Shown one piece after another: positions 30,293-32,000 of a stretch of DNA of 32,000 nucleotides (the stretch's first letter is position 1; each line of letters begins with the position of its first letter). The position numbers and the translations under genes are program-made. Source of the DNA: Mycobacterium leprae TN (GTDB lineage: Bacteria; Actinomycetota; Actinomycetes; Mycobacteriales; Mycobacteriaceae); NCBI RefSeq assembly GCF_000195855.1, contig NC_002677.1, forward strand, positions 1-32,000, written 5' to 3'. The notes beneath the pieces are model-generated. The model was not told the origin of the DNA. It searched no databases and saw nothing but the letters and a program-made list of their open reading frames with translations.

Positions 30293-30790
30293 TTAGACGA
30301 TCCAACCACAACGTGTTGGCGTGGCTAGCTGTGCCCGACCAGTCAGACGGCATGAGAGCTCACAGAGGAAGCAGATGCTCCGCTCGGCGAATTCCTTCTC
30401 GGTACGGATTCCCACATAGCGTAGGAAGGCCAGTTCACGTAGCTCTCGGCGATACCTGTTATCGGACGGCCTGGCGCAGTCTAAGGTGGTTCTGCCGGCT
30501 CCAGCTTCGTCCCCCGATCCGCTCTCGGATTCGTCCAGGTTGTCCGGGCCACTGGCATCGGCAGTGCCAGTGGTGTCGGTCATTGACTGCCAGGGTCATC
30601 TAACTGAATAGGTTTTGACACCGCCTGCAGAGGTTTCTGTGGCTACGTCCAGGCTGGTGGTCGGCAGTGGCTACCGCGAACGAACGTGCCTCCGGGAGGC
30701 TGTCGTAACCTAACTGGTCGGCACGGACAGTTCCCCTGATGGAGTGGTTGAGCCCGCTTTCGCCCATGGCCGCGGTAGTCAATGAGCCAG
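30293..30790 (-). pseudogene. ECF-type sigma-70 factor relic (region 4 recognisable)
   Basis: The C-terminal half of ORF 30293-30583 reads RYRRELRELAFLRYVGIRTEKEFAERSICFLCELSCRLTGRAQL. This matches the sigma-70 region 4 pattern LRY.eG....EiAe........v.SRl.RgR..L, with the same G-to-S (19 residues) and S-to-L spacing. The ORF's N-terminal 35 residues are acidic and not sigma-like. Upstream, a different frame gives a weak region-2-like string (RADQLGYDSLPEARSF). I read this as frameshifted. Confidence 0.35.
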
Positions 30791-30957
30791 GGTTCGTGGT
30801 TACCGGGAACAGCGTTGGGGGCTAGAGTGCTGTGCCCGGGCAGTTCTGTAGCCTTGCCTAGCCACTAGCGATGTCTATTAGGTGTGGGCTGGAATGTCAT
30901 AACCGCGAAGGTTGTAGGCAAAAGCTGCTACCTTTGAGCTGTCCATTCATTGGTGCC

Positions 30958-31648
30958 TCAAAAAGGATTATGACTAGGTTCCCCATCAGCTCCAGCACGT
31001 CCGGCGGTGTTACCAGCGGGTAGTACTTGTTTTACCAGCTCCTGAAGCGCGTTGGGCACCGCGGCCGACGCTTATGGAATACTTGCCACGATGTTCTGCG
31101 CGTTGCCGGCGGAGGTGCCCGAGGGCTTGGGTGACCGTGGTGGTTTCGCCCGCCTGGGTTGGTACTGGACGTCAGCGATGCAATCGACGGCGACGCGGTT
31201 GCATAGCTGGACATGGCGTCTGTGTTGTGGTTTCAAATCTTGGTTGCCGCTATCAACAGGGCTTTCTGGCTAAAGAAGTTCGTCGCTACCAAGCACCATC
31301 AGCAGGCTGCTGTCGGCTGCCACCATCGGTGGCAGCACTATTTTCGAGAACGTTACCTGTAAGCAGAGGCCGTTGGGATGGCCTGGTTGGCTGTCTGTTC
31401 GGTCAGTGCAGCGGTCATTCTCAGCCACGCCACTATACGGTGTGAGTGCGACAGCTATTGCCGCTGCTGTCGGGCCCAGCCAGGGGTCCAATGGTCAGTC
31501 CGCCAATTTGCCCGCCTGATACGAGCGCGCGGTCTATTGCGGTTCAGCGGCCAGCTCTTCCCAGGCCATCGGCCAATATTGGTCTCGTTCCAGAGATGGC
31601 ATACATCCCGGCGGAGTGGATATCCGGCGGTAGTGAGGTGAAATCCAT
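30958..31648 (-). pseudogene. PPE-family protein pseudogene
   Basis: The minus strand starts MDFTSLPPDIHSAGMYAISG (ATG 31646-31648), the hallmark PPE N-terminus. After a frameshift it reads TPYSGVAEN...VLPPMVAADSSLLMVLG (compare PYVAWL...VPPPVIAANRALLMALV). After another frameshift it reads SAAVPNALQELVKQ (31033-31059; compare SAVPQALQQLAQP). A stop follows at 30958-30960. Confidence 0.7.
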
Positions 31649-31689
31649 CGCCCAGCCTCTCATCGGTGAGCCGGGCAGTCTATCCGCTG

Positions 31690-31912
31690 GCGGCGTGGGT
31701 GAAGGCAAACGGGACAACACTAACGTCGGAACCGCGATTCTGCGCGCTGAAATTTTGTTAGTGACACTGGTGGCTGAGTCGACGGCCAAAAATCCAGCTG
31801 TCCCTAGAGCGCATGTTAATCCAGGTTTAGACTCAGACGGTGACGCTCACCAAAGGACTTGTGTAAGAAGAACTGGGCTTTTGCAGGTGTACTGATATCG
31901 GTCAGCGCTCAT
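31690..31912 (-). pseudogene. Possible PE-family gene relic upstream of the PPE relic
   Basis: Minus-strand fragments in shifting frames read MSA.., ALTDIST (compare AATDLAGIGS), SWIFGRR (compare AALFGAH) and QNFSAQNRGSDVSVVPFAFTHAASG (compare QALSAQAAAFHDQFVQALTAGAGS). The position directly upstream of a PPE gene is typical of PE/PPE pairs. The match is weak. Confidence 0.3.
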
Positions 31913-32000
31913 GCTGACGAGTTGCTGGAAAGAGCGACGATGTGTTTTGGTAACCTGAGCTGGCTATCGCAACGATCCTGACTATATGGGTGCCCAGTCA

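Noticed and set aside
31872-31890. ctgggcttttgcaggtgta, which resembles the tRNA-Leu anticodon stem-loop (ctggcttcaggtgcc), as an alternative distal att site
   Set aside because: The similarity needs two gaps and does not continue into the variable arm, T arm or acceptor.

Overview
This window is the chromosomal origin region of a Mycobacterium leprae-type genome undergoing reductive evolution. The conserved backbone is intact and in the usual mycobacterial order: dnaA, oriC, dnaN, recF, a DUF721 gene, gyrB, gyrA (interrupted by a 420-codon intein at the active-site tyrosine), an Rv0007-like membrane protein, tRNA-Ile, tRNA-Ala, ppiA, an Rv0010c-like gene, crgA, trpG, the pknB-pknA-pbpA-rodA-pstP-fhaB-fhaA operon, and tRNA-Leu. 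Between these lie decayed genes: cwsA (Rv0008c-like), a DUF881 (Rv0012-like) gene, a tyrosine recombinase, an ECF-sigma-like fragment and a PE/PPE pair. The most interesting result is a roughly 2.9 kb ORF-poor, AT-rich block directly downstream of tRNA-Ala. It ends in a 48-bp degenerate direct copy of the tRNA-Ala 3' half (38/48 ungapped identities, and 8 of 10 mismatches are GC-to-AT changes). That is the signature of an old integrative element inserted into the tRNA gene, and it carries a heavily decayed IS3-family orfA/orfB relic. tRNA-Leu is likewise followed by a strong hairpin and a tyrosine-recombinase relic whose catalytic Tyr codon now reads Phe. I found no CRISPR array and no coherent, intact, novel multi-gene system. 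The accessory segments are relics, not functional modules. All homology statements rest on reading translations against family motifs and orthologue sequences recalled from memory, so they need alignment or BLAST confirmation.
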